Shown here: positions 12,492-26,979 of the stretch, one piece after another
Position numbering within the stretch: the first letter of the stretch is position 1
Layout of the letters: each line of letters starts with the position of its first letter
Assembly (NCBI GenBank): GCA_951406725.2
Contig: OX597822.1
Location: forward strand, 75,206,001 to 75,270,000
From: Octopus vulgaris
Taxonomy: Eukaryota
DNA: 64,000 nt
Direction of reading: 5' to 3'
Made by a program: the position numbers and the translations under genes
Notes under the pieces: generated by a model
What the model was told of the DNA's origin: nothing
The model's input: the letters and a program-made list of their open reading frames with translations, nothing else
The model's database searches: none

Positions 12492-13749
12492 CCAGCAGCT
12501 CTTTTCCTTTTCTGTATCAATAAGCAAGTTAACATATTTTATTCTCTATATACTACGCACGATCTTATATGTAAAACTCCGCGCATTCGTATGCACTATG
12601 TGTGTGCATGTATACACGGCAGGCTTCTTTCATTTTCCATCTACCAAATCCGCTTTCTAGGCTTTAGTCGGTCCGGGCCTCTATAATAAAAGACACTTGT
12701 TACGAATGCCGTGCAGTGTAACTGACTCCAAACACAACATAGTTGGGATGCAACGTTCTCAACCATACGTTTATGGCTTGCACCTTTTTAACCGGCCTAA
12801 ACAATCAGTTTAATTCGTTTTTTTGGGGGGATTTGGTTTGCAAGATTGTCTATGTGAGTTCGTGCTTCCCAGACACAACAAAATCAGTTGTGTGTTGAGC
12901 TGAAATACTTTCATTTTCGTGCAATCGACTCAACCCATTCATCGTCCAGGGGTCGTTTAGATAAAGTGCCAGTAAAACACGGTATCACATTTAATCGATT
13001 TGTTTGTCTATGGCTTTGTACTCAATTAATGGGAAATCATTATCATTAATGTCACTGATCAGACATGTCCTTGACACAATTTTAATTCATTGCCGGAACT
13101 ACTTTATAACGGTTGTTGACATCCCGGATAACTACAGTTGGGTCCATCCTCTAGAGTTTGTGTCTGCATAATTTTCGGATCTTTATCTTTTGACCAGTGT
13201 CCGAAGTTTGAAAGTGTTTAGTTACAAACAATTATTTTTTAAATCTGTAGGTTAAAAGGTAAAGATCCTAATTTTCTTATTAAATTCAGAGCTTTAAATT
13301 TAATTTTTAGACATACGTTTTCGAATATGTATAGTCTTATATCTTTTAGTTGTTTCAGTTATTAGGCTGCGGTCATGATGGGGCACTGCTTTCAAGAACT
13401 TTTAGTCGAATGAATCGACTCCAGTACCTTTTTTTTAAAACCTGATACTTGTTCTATCGGTTTCTTTTGTTACAGGGATGTGAACACAGACACACACACA
13501 CGCGCGACGGGCTTCTTTTAGTTTCCGTCTATCAAATCCACTCACATACCGGTGAGTGTGTTAGATTATAAGGTACAAAAAGAGAATGACTCTCCCCAAA
13601 CGCAACCGAATACGATCTCTAAGTTTTTGACTTAAAATCCAGCTACTTTTAGCTTTGCCTTTCAACATGCAGACGTCGGAAAATATTGGGTCGATATAGT
13701 TAAATGTACCTCCTACCCTTCAGTGGAAAACAATCAGTCGCCCCGATTG

Positions 13750-13962
13750 ATATTGGTTTCAAATTTTGGTATAAGGCCAGGAATTTTGAAGGAGGGGTAA
13801 GAAGATCGACCCCAGGGTTCAAATGGTACTTATTTTATCGATCTCGAAAGGATGAAAGGCAAAGTCAGCCTCGGCGGCATTTGAACTCAGAGTGTACTGA
13901 CGGACGAAATGCCGCTTAGCATTTTCGCCCTGCATGCTTAACCACTCTGCCAGCTCACCGCC
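13750..13962 (-). mobile_element. SINE family A
   Basis: Reverse complement of the family A consensus. Confidence 0.8.
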
Positions 13963-16463
13963 GTAGCCTCTCTTAATATCACCACCTTCGATGCTTGTAG
14001 CAAAGTTCGCTGCTGTAAGTATTCGGGTCAGGTCTGCAATTTGAGAAAAATTCTTCCTATTTCCCTCCCACTAGTCTCGGAGGCCCTATAAAGTGTGATG
14101 TGCTCTATTTTCCTTTCTGACTAAAACATTTATATATAAGATTTGAGGCACAGTGCCTAAGTTAGAAATCAATATCTTATCCTTTGGAAAGGTATAAAAG
14201 TTCTCTTATTTTTTTCCAGTTTTGTCTGAAAAAATCGGTTTCATATCTACATCGCTTCTACACAAATCTGGGTTCACGTATCTCCACCAATTTATCAACC
14301 TACATTCCTTAAATCGAAACAACCTTAAAGTAATGTTTGAAACAGTTTAACTAGGTGACACGTTGGAGATCAAATATACAAGCATTGATGCTCTTCACGT
14401 GAAAAGTTAAAAAAAATCTGGGTTAAACTTCAAAATTTATAGGAACTATAAAAAAACCGTTATTTATTATTTTATAACTCATATTTGTGTAAGACAAAAT
14501 TATGAATAACGCTTTTCAAGACAGTCATGCATTTAGTCCGGGATTTCTGAAGCTTTAAATTATATTTAAAATAAAACCATGCACAGTGCACCGTTTGAGA
14601 GGCAGACTTAAGCATGTGACCTAGTTGAGTTCTGACCTTAACTCGTTACTATTAATTAGCCTCTGTCCAGAACTTACAACAGAGCTGGCCTCGTTTCAAA
14701 TCTCTTTCGATTTCCTTATTTCATTCCATTAACGTCTTCTCTGAATTGTTTAACTGTCGCGTCTCTTGCCAACAACAATGCTTTCTTTTACACATCGGCA
14801 ACGGGTTAGAAATTTATAGATCAAATTGAGATGTTGTGTCATTGGTGCCTTTCTCAAGGCCATTGCTTTAGCAACGTAGCAATGAAGTAAATTGTTTTTA
14901 GCTTGGTATCAAAACTGCGTAGCATACGCAATCAACTTCATGAGAATTAAACCAACTATTGGACATCTAACGTTGACATAATACCAGACAATTATAGGGG
15001 TGGAAGAAGGAAGAGAGAGATTTATTACATTCACAAAAGCATTATTAAGATAATCGAAATGAACTGGCTTCAACCGGGAATCGAAACTCGATTGTGATCT
15101 CAGCTCACCGGAGGTTTAACTTCTACTCTGAGTAATGGTTATTATAGACATGAAACGTGAGACTTTTAAAAAGAATAGAACGTTGAACTTCATATATATG
15201 TTTTAAAGGAATAAGCGACGCTAGTTAAAATGTTTCCAGCTGGTATCTATCTATCTGTCTATCGAACCCTGAGTGACTTCTGACGAGATACATAACGAAA
15301 AATTTATTTGTAAGAAATAGTCAAAAGTGAAGGTGTGACGTTCATATATTTCCAGAGGAGGGTAGTATTTATTCCCGATGTAGAAACTGGAGCTCAAGGG
15401 TGACCACACGTTGAAACTTGTTACAACTTGGGTTTGTGATTATTTTTATAACTAAACCCTTTTGTTTAACACATCGTTGCAGTCTCGCTTGTTTTTATTG
15501 GTTTAATAAAGGAAAAAAAAAAAATATATATATTGAACAAAACCCTTTAAATTTGTGTGTGTGTGTGTTGTAATAGAGTATAAACAGTTAATGAACACAA
15601 GTTTTTACCGGAATAAACTGCTAATATATTTCGCAAGTTTAAACCAAGGACGTTTTAAACCGAGAGAAAAATGAGCGGAAGAGAGTGAAATAGTAAAACG
15701 CAAAAAATAGAGGAAGATAATGTGTGTGTGTTCAAAAGAATGAACAGACCACAAATATAGAGCGAAATATATATTCGAGTTAGGCTAATAAAATACACAG
15801 AAAACTGGAATAAAAGAAGAGTGTATACAGATATGTGTACATATATAGCTACACATACATACATTTATATTTCTCGTTTTAATATAGATATGTGTATACT
15901 GCGAGAGGTATAAAGATTAATTAGAATAAATATATATATATAAATATATATATATATTATAGAGTGAGCGGTAAATCAAAAGAGAGTGAGTGAACGAGAG
16001 AGAAGGAGGATGGATGAGAACGAATTATTTAGTAAACGGTAGGAAAGTGGGAGTCTGAAAGTGGTATACAGCGGCGGTTCACAGTTTTGCCAGTCTCTCT
16101 TTATTACACTAACTCACTGCTTCTATATACATATACACTTGTGATAGGCAGAGATAACCAGCCATCTTGCTGCTGATCAGAGCGGTCTAGTTGATCGAGG
16201 GTTTGTTCTGAGCCTAAATATAGAACTACTGTAACAGCGAACTAACTCATTCACTCACCTGCTGCCATTACTTGGCTTTATACACTTTATATTCGTTTTT
16301 AATTTTTCTCTATTGGTTTTGTTGTGGCGTTTTAATTTTACCCCCTCTTTTCTGCTGTCTAGTCATTGTTTTAACCGAAGACTCACTTTGAAATTAATTG
16401 ACATTCCTCTGATCGCACCTATATACTTGTACATATGTGATCAGTTAACGAAGCCAAGGATAC

Positions 16464-16501
<38 letters not shown>

Positions 16502-18904
16502 TACACAGCAAGATAAAAAAAATATATACGTATACATTTATCTTGTACACTAACATATTTCTGTGACCCGACAAAGAAAGGAAAGCAAATGCGAACCAAA
16601 TGAAGAAATACGAAAGAAGGAATTATATACCGCTACGTTTGAAATGCATCTCACATCATGTTACGAAATACAAAAGAAAAGAAAAAAAGATTAACTTCTT
16701 CGTAACAAAAATATGCTAACTATTAATTAGTAATATTAATTATGGACATATCGGTAACAGCAACACAAAGATCCTTTAAACGATCAGGATGAATTAATAA
16801 TTAACGCAAACGTGGAACCATTCATATATATATATATATATATACAAATATATATATATATATATATATTTATGGTAGAAGAAATTAGCCGAAGACTGGA
16901 AACCTGAATTAAAGCCAAACCACATGTATGTATCATTTCTTTTTGCGGATTATATTTGAACTGATTAAACGGAGAACACGTTAACCCGAGTGATATATAA
17001 ACATATATAATCTGGTTCGCTCATTTATACAAAACAGCCGTATTAAACGACGCTGTAGGAAGAAGTATCAAGCGAAAAACGATCAAGGTATCAAGAAATT
17101 TTTCAGATTTAATTTTGGACGAGTGAAAATAAGATTATATATATATATATATTTATATACATACATACATGCATGAGTGTTAGTAAATATGACATTGCCA
17201 CGACGACGATGATAGACTCGATTTAAACGAATGTTTTTTGTCTTTGAAAAAAAAATATAAAGGAAACCGTTAGCATTCTCACCTTGAAATATGTTAAAAA
17301 TATGTAAAAGAACAACAATTATAATTTCATATATGTTATCATTAATAGTGTTGATGTAATTTGTATATAAAAATGCATGTATGTGTTTAATATGCAGAGA
17401 AATATTCCGATTGAAACCTAGAGGTCCGATCTAGTTTCAGCTCATGCCTCTTTCTTTGACACACACTTCTAAAGTTTCAGTAGCCATATTCACACATCTG
17501 GTTTAAAGAGGAAAAGATATAGAGGTTTAATATGAGAGAAAGAGGGAGAGAGAGAGAGAGAGAAAGTTGTTATCATGCTCGAAAGAGGGGGTGTACAACT
17601 GGTTTAACAAGAAATAGAGAGAGGGAAGGCGCGGGAGACAGAGAAGGTTAATGCATGTGGGGCAGACTGAAAAATACAGAGAATTGGTGTATCTAAGACA
17701 GGCACTCTTTGTGAGAAAGAGAAAGCGGGGGGAGAGGGTAGAGATAAAGAGATTACGTGTCTGTAAAAGAATGAGAGAGATAAAACGATTTAGTTTTTGT
17801 GAGAAATAGAGAAATAAACAGACAAGACATTATTATGTCTGAGAGAAAGAGGAGAGAGAGAGAGAGACTGGGGGTAGGGAGAGAGATTGAAAGAGAGTGA
17901 GAGAGAGAAGGAAAAAAAAGGGGAGAAGTTTGAGTAGGTGATGTAAAGCTAGCTCAGATTCTTTGTTCGCTAAATCCTCGTCTCTCAGCAGTTATTTCAG
18001 CTCTGTCGTTCTCTAACATTATTTCCATCTAGACATATTTATCCAACCTTCACCCACTCACTTCCATTTAAGTTATGTCTACTACAAACATCTGTGTGCT
18101 TCATAATCACCATCATTATTATCATGATGATGATGATCATCATCATCATCGACGTCATGTATCACAACATCAACAATAACCGTAATAATCCTTGCCAACA
18201 ATAGTTCTTACAGCATGGTTTGATATTTTAAAATTCTGATCGATAATTATTGTAGTCCTTCATTGTAAATGTATTTGTTGTTTAATGCGACGTCAACATA
18301 AGTTCAAACCATTTAATTTTCTTCTCTCAATCCTAACCTAGTTAAACCTTACTTAACATTGTCGCTATTATGCTTTAATTCTAATCTGTTTTTTAATCGT
18401 TTTTATATTTTGGTAGATAAACTCTGCTGTTAGATCCTTTTAATGAACACCAGCTGTCGAAGAAGATCTCTTCCGAAGTGTCAAATACAGAAAAATCCTG
18501 GGTCAAAAAAAAAGGAAAAACCACGAAAGATTCGTTAGCCTTTGTAACCTCACGATAGTCAAACCATAATCAGAGTCGATATTTTCTCATCGACATCAGT
18601 GTCTCAACTTTTTCTGCCATTGTGCAGCTAACATTTTCAAGCAAAGATCCTGGCCTCGGAATCCGCCAAAATAGCTCCGACAAGCATTAAATCCGCCCCG
18701 CGGTCCTCGGAGGCATCACGCCGGAGGAGCAGCGTGGGGACCGCGGAGGATGACTCAGATACCGACAGATCTGAGTCAAAGAAAGCTCTAACCGACCCGT
18801 TGACTGCAACCCTGGATTCTCCAACCAGTCAAAGTGCAAAAACGTCCAGGACGGCCTCCGCAACGGCGAAAAGTAAAGCATCAAAGACAGAGAAGCGGGT
18901 GCGA

Positions 18905-20486
18905 ATGTCCTCGAGACGTTCCGCCAACTTCACTCATCACGAGAAAGAAATTCTACTATCATTGATGCAAACATATCGACATGTTGTCGAAGACAAGCGG
19001 ACAGATGGCATCATGGTGAAAGAGAAAAATGCCGCCTGGATCGAATTGACCAATAAGTATAATGCACAGAACGAAGTATGGACTCGATCGGTTAAACAAC
19101 TAAGGCAATGCTGGAAAAACTTGAAAAGCAGAGCCCGAATTGATCTCATGCGAGTTAACTTGCAAACCACTACCTCCGATTCGGACACTAATACAGTGCG
19201 ACTAAATTTGGTTCCGCTTAATAACGTTTCTAAACCCACCGACAACACAAATCAGAGCACGTTGAACAGCAGTAACAATATTAACAACACAACTGGAAAC
19301 ATCATTAGCAACAACACTAACAACAACATTAACAATACAAATAATAACAATGCAACCAACATTATCCTCAGCAGTATTCTAAACAACAACAACAACAGCA
19401 TTAGCAACAGTAACACTATTAAGTCAGGTTCGGTCCCGAGCTATGGTAGCCAACTCCAAGCTCTGTCGTCAACTGCTGGTTCCAACAGTGTAGTTGGCCT
19501 GTCGCCCTCATTACTCCGCGGTGGTAGTCTAAGTAACAGACCCAACTCCAAGACTAGTGGCAGCAAGAAGCGGAAGAAGAAGAAAGTGGTACTGAACGAT
19601 GTCAGTAGCAGGAACTTCGCTACTAACGACAACAACAGCAATAGCAACAGCAACAGCAGCAGTCGCAGGCAACAGAGGTTACTAACAGTTTCTTCTGCCA
19701 CTATCGGTGTGGAAAGAGATGATATAGATGACGAAGATGATGCCGACGAGGACGACGAAGAAGAGGATACTGTTGCTGTTTTAGCTGCTGTCAACGACGA
19801 CGATAGCAACACAATCGGAGCACGGCGGAGGCGACGACGCCGTCTCAATCCCACCAGCAAATCTACGTCCATCAGCGACAGCGCTCTGGTCGATGTCGCT
19901 GATGAAAACGATGAGTTTGATGAAGACGAAAACGAGGAAGAAGAAGAGGAAGAAGATGAAGATGAAGACGTAGAAGGCGATGATAACGACGAGGTCGACG
20001 ATGACGATGAGGACATCGACGATAGTGGAACCGTTGACGATGATATTTACAATGATGAAGATGTGCGAAGAAGCAGTCGACATCATCGTTCGGGTGTGGC
20101 TGTTGACAGTTTCCATGTGGAGCAAAACAGCGACCCCAGTAGTCAGCCAGGAGCGGCACAGGACGTTGATCCGCTCTATTCAGTGGAAAACCTGGCTGTT
20201 GTTTCGGTATCAGGTAGCGCCGACCGTATACACTTCCAGCATCACGCCAACTCGCCGACATCCGATCTCCAGAACCAGACCGATGGCAACCTGCTGCATT
20301 CACATCACCCCCACCAACAACTCCATCAATCACAACATCACCAACAACAACATCAACCACCACATCTTCATAGTCAAGTTAACAACTACCACCATTCCAA
20401 CAGACTATCAGCGGATTCTATAACGCGGTTAGACGATGATTTTTCTTCTACGGAGCCTGATATCAAAGTATTCGATTCCATCCGAG
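18905..20486 (+). CDS. MSANTD3: Myb/SANT-like DNA-binding domain protein (MSANTD3-like), coding exon 1: Myb_DNA-bind_5-type domain followed by N-, D/E- and H/Q-rich low-complexity regions
   Basis: First in-frame ATG at 18905 gives MSSRRSANFTHHEKEILLSLMQTYRHVVEDKRTD...KNAAWIELTNKYN...RSVKQLRQCWKNLKSRAR, the F-x-x-x-E-K...W...YN...R...QL..CW.N.K pattern of MSANTD3-family proteins. Basic NLS-like runs KKRKKKK and RRRRRRR. Donor CGAG|GTAAAA after 20486 (phase 1). True start may lie upstream. Confidence 0.85.
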
Positions 20487-23400
20487 GTAAAATGCACTTT
20501 TCCTTCCCTTCTTTCTTTCTTTCATTCTTTCACACACATTTACTATATCTAATTGTATTCTTTTCTCTTCCATAGTTGCAGACACCATTTATTTTCTTTC
20601 GCAGCAGCACCATCTTCTCTTCATATTATCTCATACTTATCCTCTCTGTCTTGTATATTTTCCACGTATTAATTAAAAGAAATTTTTTTTTTTTTTAATT
20701 TTAGTTTCTTTATGTCGTAGTCACCCAGCTGTTCTCTGGTGGCGCTTCGTGCGTGTTATGGGCATGGCTTAAGAGAGCAATTTTGCTAAGCGGAATGGTT
20801 TTGCTTCCCTCTGGGAAATGATGTTATCTCGTCTCCATCCATCGTTAGAATTTCACGGCCCCTTTTTGGATCTCCGGACCCTAGAGCGATGTAGCAGCTG
20901 AAGCCCTCCCCGCCGCAGGTCCTTGTTTCGAGTATGTTGTCTGTATATCACCCCTAATGGAAAGCGTTCCAGTCGTAGTAACCATCCCGTCTTTGTTGCT
21001 TTTGCGGCTATTATATGTCTGTGCTGCAACATCCAGTCTCCTATTGCTTTTTTAAAGATGTTAGAGAGTGATTTAGGTAGATTTGACTGTTATTTCTAGC
21101 AGATTGAGTGACTCTGTAGAAGTTATCCCTTCAGTGGTTTCATTCTTTTGCCGTTAGTGTTATAGCTAACGTAACTAATACTGATATTCCTACAATTGTT
21201 GATTACGACAATGATAATATAGTCGGTTTTTTTCGTGATGTGATGTAAATATTGTGTTGTTTCACTGTCGTAATAGCTTAGAAATTCAGTTTCTGACTAT
21301 GTCGTTATATCTTTTAAAAGTTTACGGTGAAAATTCTGAGGTTGCAGTTATCTCCCTTAGTAATTATAGTCGCACCTTGTGTCGTAGTAATTGATTTTGG
21401 CTTGAATGAAAGTTAATATTCGTTCTTAAATTTGTTGTTTTAGTATTTAGTCTATAAAACGCAAGTCCTCTTTTGTTGTATTGATTTCGTTTTATACTTT
21501 TCATTATAGAACACAATTTTTTGGGGGGTAAATCAGCCTGCAAAAAAAGACGGGACGACCATCGCTATCATAAAGTCTACTCGGTCAAGAATAACCTTGG
21601 GTTAAATAAACAGCTCTAACCAACCCACATAAATCTTTTAATTGTTTCAGTCATTGGACTGCGGCCATGCTGGAGCACCATTTTGAAGTGTTTAGTCGAA
21701 CAAACATACCCCAGTTCTTTTTCAGCCTGGTGTTTATTTTATGGGTTTCTTTTGCCGTACCTCATAAATTTACGATGACGTATACGAACCGATGTTTGGG
21801 GACAAACACACACACACACACAGCCATCCACCTACTCACTTACACGATGGACTTCTTCCACTTTACGTCTACCAAATCTATTCGCATGGTTTTGGTCGGC
21901 CCGGGGCCTATATAAGCACTTGCACAAAGTACTGCGCTGCGGGACCGAACCCAAAACCGTGTAGTTGAGAAGCAAACTTCTTGCCCCACCACCCCACCTG
22001 GCTAACAATAAAAGAATATATATATATTTAAAAAAAAAGCAACCAAACAACAAAAGCAGAAAGCAACAAAAATGTCATGTTGTCTAATTACAATATATTC
22101 GTTTAAATTTATGCGTGAAATTATTGATTTCTCAGTATAATCGTAAGCTACATCTTCGAAATGACACCACCTTAAAATTTAATTACAAACTTTGCATTAT
22201 TAAGTTAAGAGGAAATAAATTCGGACCGAGGTGGAAACATCAGACTAGTGATAGTGATGATAATACACAACCATATATGTACGCAACTGTTCATATCCTT
22301 CTATATATTTTACTGGATATAAGTTATTTAGCGATAATCATGCCAGATAATTTTTTTTGAAAAACGTTTATAGTCAAATTGAAGTTAAATTATTTTTTGC
22401 CCGACATATATTATTCTTGTAATATAAGGATTTTATTACTCCGTTTGAAATCTATTTAAGTGATCTCGTAAAAATATTGAAATGTTTTAAAACATCGTTT
22501 TAACTATGTTTTAAACATTGATCATTGTAAATGTTTAATTTGTTTATTTTTAAATTTTAAATTGTGTTAGAGACATTTAATGAACATTGGAAAGTTCATA
22601 AGTAGCTTTAGTTTTATTTCTAACATAATCGACAGAAATAGTTTTAATTATTTTTATTTAAATCAATTACAGTGTTTGGCATAATATTTACGGTGAATTA
22701 AAAAAAAAAAACCCGTTGTATTCAGCAGTCAGAATCAAATATACTACAAGGCCGTCCATTAGGGGTCACTTTCGATTGTGCATTTTAAAGCTGTTAATTT
22801 TTAAACTTTTATTTTCTAAGCAATAATTCTTTTTGATTTTTGACTTCGATAGAATATAAGGCCTTTGTAGATGTCAGCTGTGTACATCATAAAAAACGAA
22901 AGTTGTTCCGAATTGATTAAAATAATTTTTCGGCTGCAGCCTCTACGTACATTGCTAGAAATAGCAGCCAGATTCTCCTAAACTCATCCAAGTATCTTAA
23001 AAATGCTAAAGAACGCATCATATTGCTGGAATATCTTTTATTGAAATTGGCAGCATCAATATAAGGGATGAGCATAGCGCTAAGTATTTCAAGCAGTTCA
23101 TCTGGGTGAGCTAGTCTTTTGCACACTGACCTCCATTCGACCCCTTGGCTATCATCGACATCTGTAATTCATCGCCGACCCCTAGGGGGTCTCTCGGACA
23201 CTCTTTGGTGACCTCTGGTTTAAGTCATTAGTCTGTAGCTATGTTGGGGTTCTGCATCGAACAAATTGATACCAGGACTTATTTTGCAAAGTTAGGTACT
23301 TATTCTATCAGTCCCTTTTACCAAATCACTAGGTTACGGAGACAAACAAAGCAACACCAGTTGTCAGACGGTGGGTGGAGACAAAATGAATGCAAAGACA

Positions 23401-23747
23401 CACACGCACACACTCGACTGGTTTTCCCCTAGTTTCCATCTACGAAATTCACTCATGTGGCATTGGTTGACCTTTGACCTGGGGCGACAGTTAAAGAAGC
23501 TTACCTAAAGTGCCATGCAGCAGGACTTGAACCTGATAGCATGTGGTTATATGGTGAGCTTTTCAACCAGACTAACATGTGTGCCCAACTCCACCACATG
23601 TTACCTGCACTTCAGGGTCTGTTGCTGCTTTTACTGCCTTTATTATATCTTAGCAACCTTTTTATGATTATCATTTTAATATCTACTTTTCTACATTGGA
23701 CAAAGTTTATTGAGGCAGATTTTCTATGCACAGATGCCCTTCCTGTT

Positions 23748-24672
23748 TATTTCTTTATTGCCCACAAGGGGCTAAACATAGAAGGGACAAACAAGGACAG
23801 ACAAAGGGATTAAGTCGATTACATCAACCCCAGTTCGTAACTGATACTTAATTTAGCGGCCCCGAAAGGATGAAAGGCAAAGTCGACCTTGGCGGAATTT
23901 GAACTCAGAACGTAACTGTGGACGAAATACTGCTAAGCATTTTGCCTGGTGTGCTAACGTTTCTGCCATCTTTACTGCCCACAAGGGGCTACACACAGAG
24001 GGGACAAACAAGGACAGACAAACGGATTAAGTCGATTATATCGACACCAGTGCGCAACTAGTACTTATTTAATCAACCCCGAAAGGATGAAAAGCAAAGT
24101 TGACCTTGGCGGAATTTGAACTCAGAACGTAGTGGCAGATAAAATAATGCTAAGCATTTTGCCTGACGTGCTAACGTTTTTGCCAGCTCACCGCCTTCTA
24201 CATTACTTAATTCTTGTGCCATCAACAAGTCTGGTCTGTAACTTGCTGTAGGTTGTCTCATAGAAGCTCCTACTTGTCATTTATGTTATAGACCCGAGTT
24301 CAAATACCACTGAGGTCAACTTTACCTTTCATCCTTTCAAGGTTGATAAGAATAGTACCAGTCGAGAACTGGGGTCACTAATCGACTAGACCCTTTCCTG
24401 CTAAATTTCAGGCCTTGTGTCTATAATTGAAAGGCTTCATGGCGGTGAGCTGGCAGAAACGTTAGTACGCTGGGTGAAATGCTTAGCGGTATTTCGTCTG
24501 CCGTTACGTTGTGAGTTCAAATTCCGCCAAGGTCGACTTTGCCTTTCATCTTTTCGGGATCGATAAATTAAGTACCAGTTACGCACTGGGGTCAATGTAA
24601 TCGACTTAATCCCTTTGTCTGTTCTTGTTTGTCCCCTCTATGTTTGGCCCCTTGTGAGCAATAAAGAAATAA
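23748..24672. mobile_element. Cluster of four family A SINEs (two on -, then two on +)
   Basis: 23748-24197 minus copies, 24295-24672 plus copies. Confidence 0.8.
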
Positions 24673-25664
24673 GAAAGGGTTCATGGCTTATATAGCAAAG
24701 CCAGATGTGGCTCCACGGTTGAGAAGCTTGCTTCTCAATCATGTGGTCTTAGGGCTTGAGTTCAGTCCCACCGTGTGGCACCTTTGGCAAGTGTTTTTCA
24801 CTATAGCTCTGGGCTGACCAAAACCTTGTAAGTGAATGTGGTTGATGGAAACTGAAAGAATCCTGTTATATATATACATACATGCACACGTGTGTTTGTG
24901 TGTGCCTTTGTCTTGTCATCAAGTGGTGGCTGTAAGCAAGCATCACCATCGAACAAGTGATGTTTTTGTTTCCAGCCTTCAGTGGCAAACGTGTCTGATT
25001 GTGGAGAAGTATTACTCTGTGTGGAAGCAGGTGAGGGTTGGCGACAGGTAGGGCATGCAGCCATTGGAATTCTGCCTCAACAAATTCTGTCTTATCCATA
25101 CTAGCATTGATAAAAGTATGTTGAAATAATGATGTCCAAAGGATCCTTCAGTTTTCATATCTTCTTTCTGTAGATTGCCCTCATGTGTCTGAGTCTGTCT
25201 TGGTCTTATCTTGATGTCTCTAATATGTTGAGCAGTACATTCTTCACTGGGTAAGAATTTAGTGAGTACGACATCTGTCTGACCTGCTTCTTCATCTGTG
25301 TAGCAGTGGAACGTACAGCTGGTTGACTTGCTGAAGTTATTGTTGCCAATGGTTAGGTCATATGCATCACAGAACTTTCCAGAGCCTTGATCCACTTGAA
25401 TCTGTGTATCATATCTATAACCTCCATGTTTATTGCATTTGGTGAGCTGGCAGAGTCGTTAGCACGCTCGATGAAATGCTTAGCAGTATTCGCCTGTTGC
25501 TATGTTCTGAGTTCAAATTCCAACAAGGTCGACTTTGCCTTTTCATCCTTTCGGGGTTGATAAATTATGTACCAGTGAAACACTGGGGTTGATGTAATTG
25601 ACTAGTTCCCACCCCACAAATTTGAGGCCTTGTGCCTGCAGTAGAAAGGATTATTATTATTATT

Positions 25665-26163
25665 GCATTTGCACAGCTTCTAACGCTGGAGATGTACTAC
25701 AATGTCAGCTGTTCACTACCAGTGAACTAACATAACACCCCTTATTTTTTGAGCACCATCCGGAGTATTCGAGCGGTTTTCTGCACAGCTGTTTTCTGCA
25801 AGTGTTCCACCCTTATTGCAGCCCCTATTTGTTCCACGTACTTGTCGAGATTTTTGCTCAGTTCCCAAGGCTCTGACAATTATTGGTACTACTGCTACCT
25901 TTTTCATCAACCACAACTACTTAACTTCCCAAGCTAACCTGTCATATCTCTCAACTTTCCTTTCTTCCTTATCACATACCTTGTCAGCTGGGCATGCTAT
26001 GTCTATGATCCAGCATAGTTTGTTTTCTTTCTCAATTAAGACTATGTCCGGCTTCCTATCTCATGGTCACACTGAATCATAAAATCCCATAGGATCTTTG
26101 CATTTCTATTTTTGATGATGCCTTTGGGTTTGTGGTCATACCAATTTTTTGCTCTGTCAAGCC

Positions 26164-26165
<2 letters not shown>
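25665..26165 (-). mobile_element. R4/Dong-like LINE 3' fragment (REL endonuclease) inserted in (TAA)n
   Basis: WYDHKP....N..AKILWDFMIQCDHEI..R.PDIV, WIIDIACP, VVPIIV.ALG. Flanked by TAA/TTA repeats. Confidence 0.75.
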
Positions 26166-26196
<31 letters not shown>

Positions 26197-26939
26197 GGCT
26201 GCGAGCTGGCTGAATTGTTAGCATGCTGGACAAAATGCTTAGTGGTATTTCATCCATTGCTACAGAACATAGCAATGGATGAAATGCCACTAAGCATTTA
26301 AATTCTGCCAAGGTTCAAATTCCACCAAGGTCGACTTTGCCATTCATCTTTTCAGGGTTGATAAATTAAAAACCAGTTGAGTACTGGAGTCGATGTAATC
26401 GACTGTCCCGCTCCCCCAAATTTCAGGCCTTGTGCCTAGAGTAAAAAGGATTATTTATCATGGTGTTATCCAACATGTTCAGAGGGTAAATATTGTCCTT
26501 ATTTAATACACTGTCATTTGAAAGTATTTGAAGCTTTCACTTTTGGTTCTGAAAGGAAGTATTTTTCTCTTTTATCTATTACTGGACTGTGGCCATGCTG
26601 GGGCACTGCTTTGAATGGTATAGTCAAACAAGTCAACCCCAGTGTTTTGAAGTCTGGCATTCTATGAGAGCGGCAGATACAAAGCCTTCCCACCTCTATC
26701 TCTTACATGTTTCAGTCATTAGACTGCAGCCATGCTGGGGTACTATCTTGAAGAATTTTAGTTGAGCAGATCTACCTGAGTACTTTTGTCTTATTCAATT
26801 GGCCTCTCTTGCTAAACAGCTAAGTTATTGGGATGTAAACACACCGACACTAGTTGTCAAGCAGTGGGGTGGGATGGGGGGACAAACATGGACACAAGGA
26901 CTCACAAACCTAAATATATATGTGCATGCATGCATACAT

Positions 26940-26979
<40 letters not shown>

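Noticed and set aside
19441-20423. Antisense and alternative-frame ORFs overlapping exon 1
   Set aside because: Shadows of the low-complexity D/E/N/H coding sequence.
18734-20575. Single-exon 613-aa ORF as given in the track
   Set aside because: Starts at GTG and ends in an F/S/L-rich tail that is the pyrimidine-rich intron start. The spliced model fits better.
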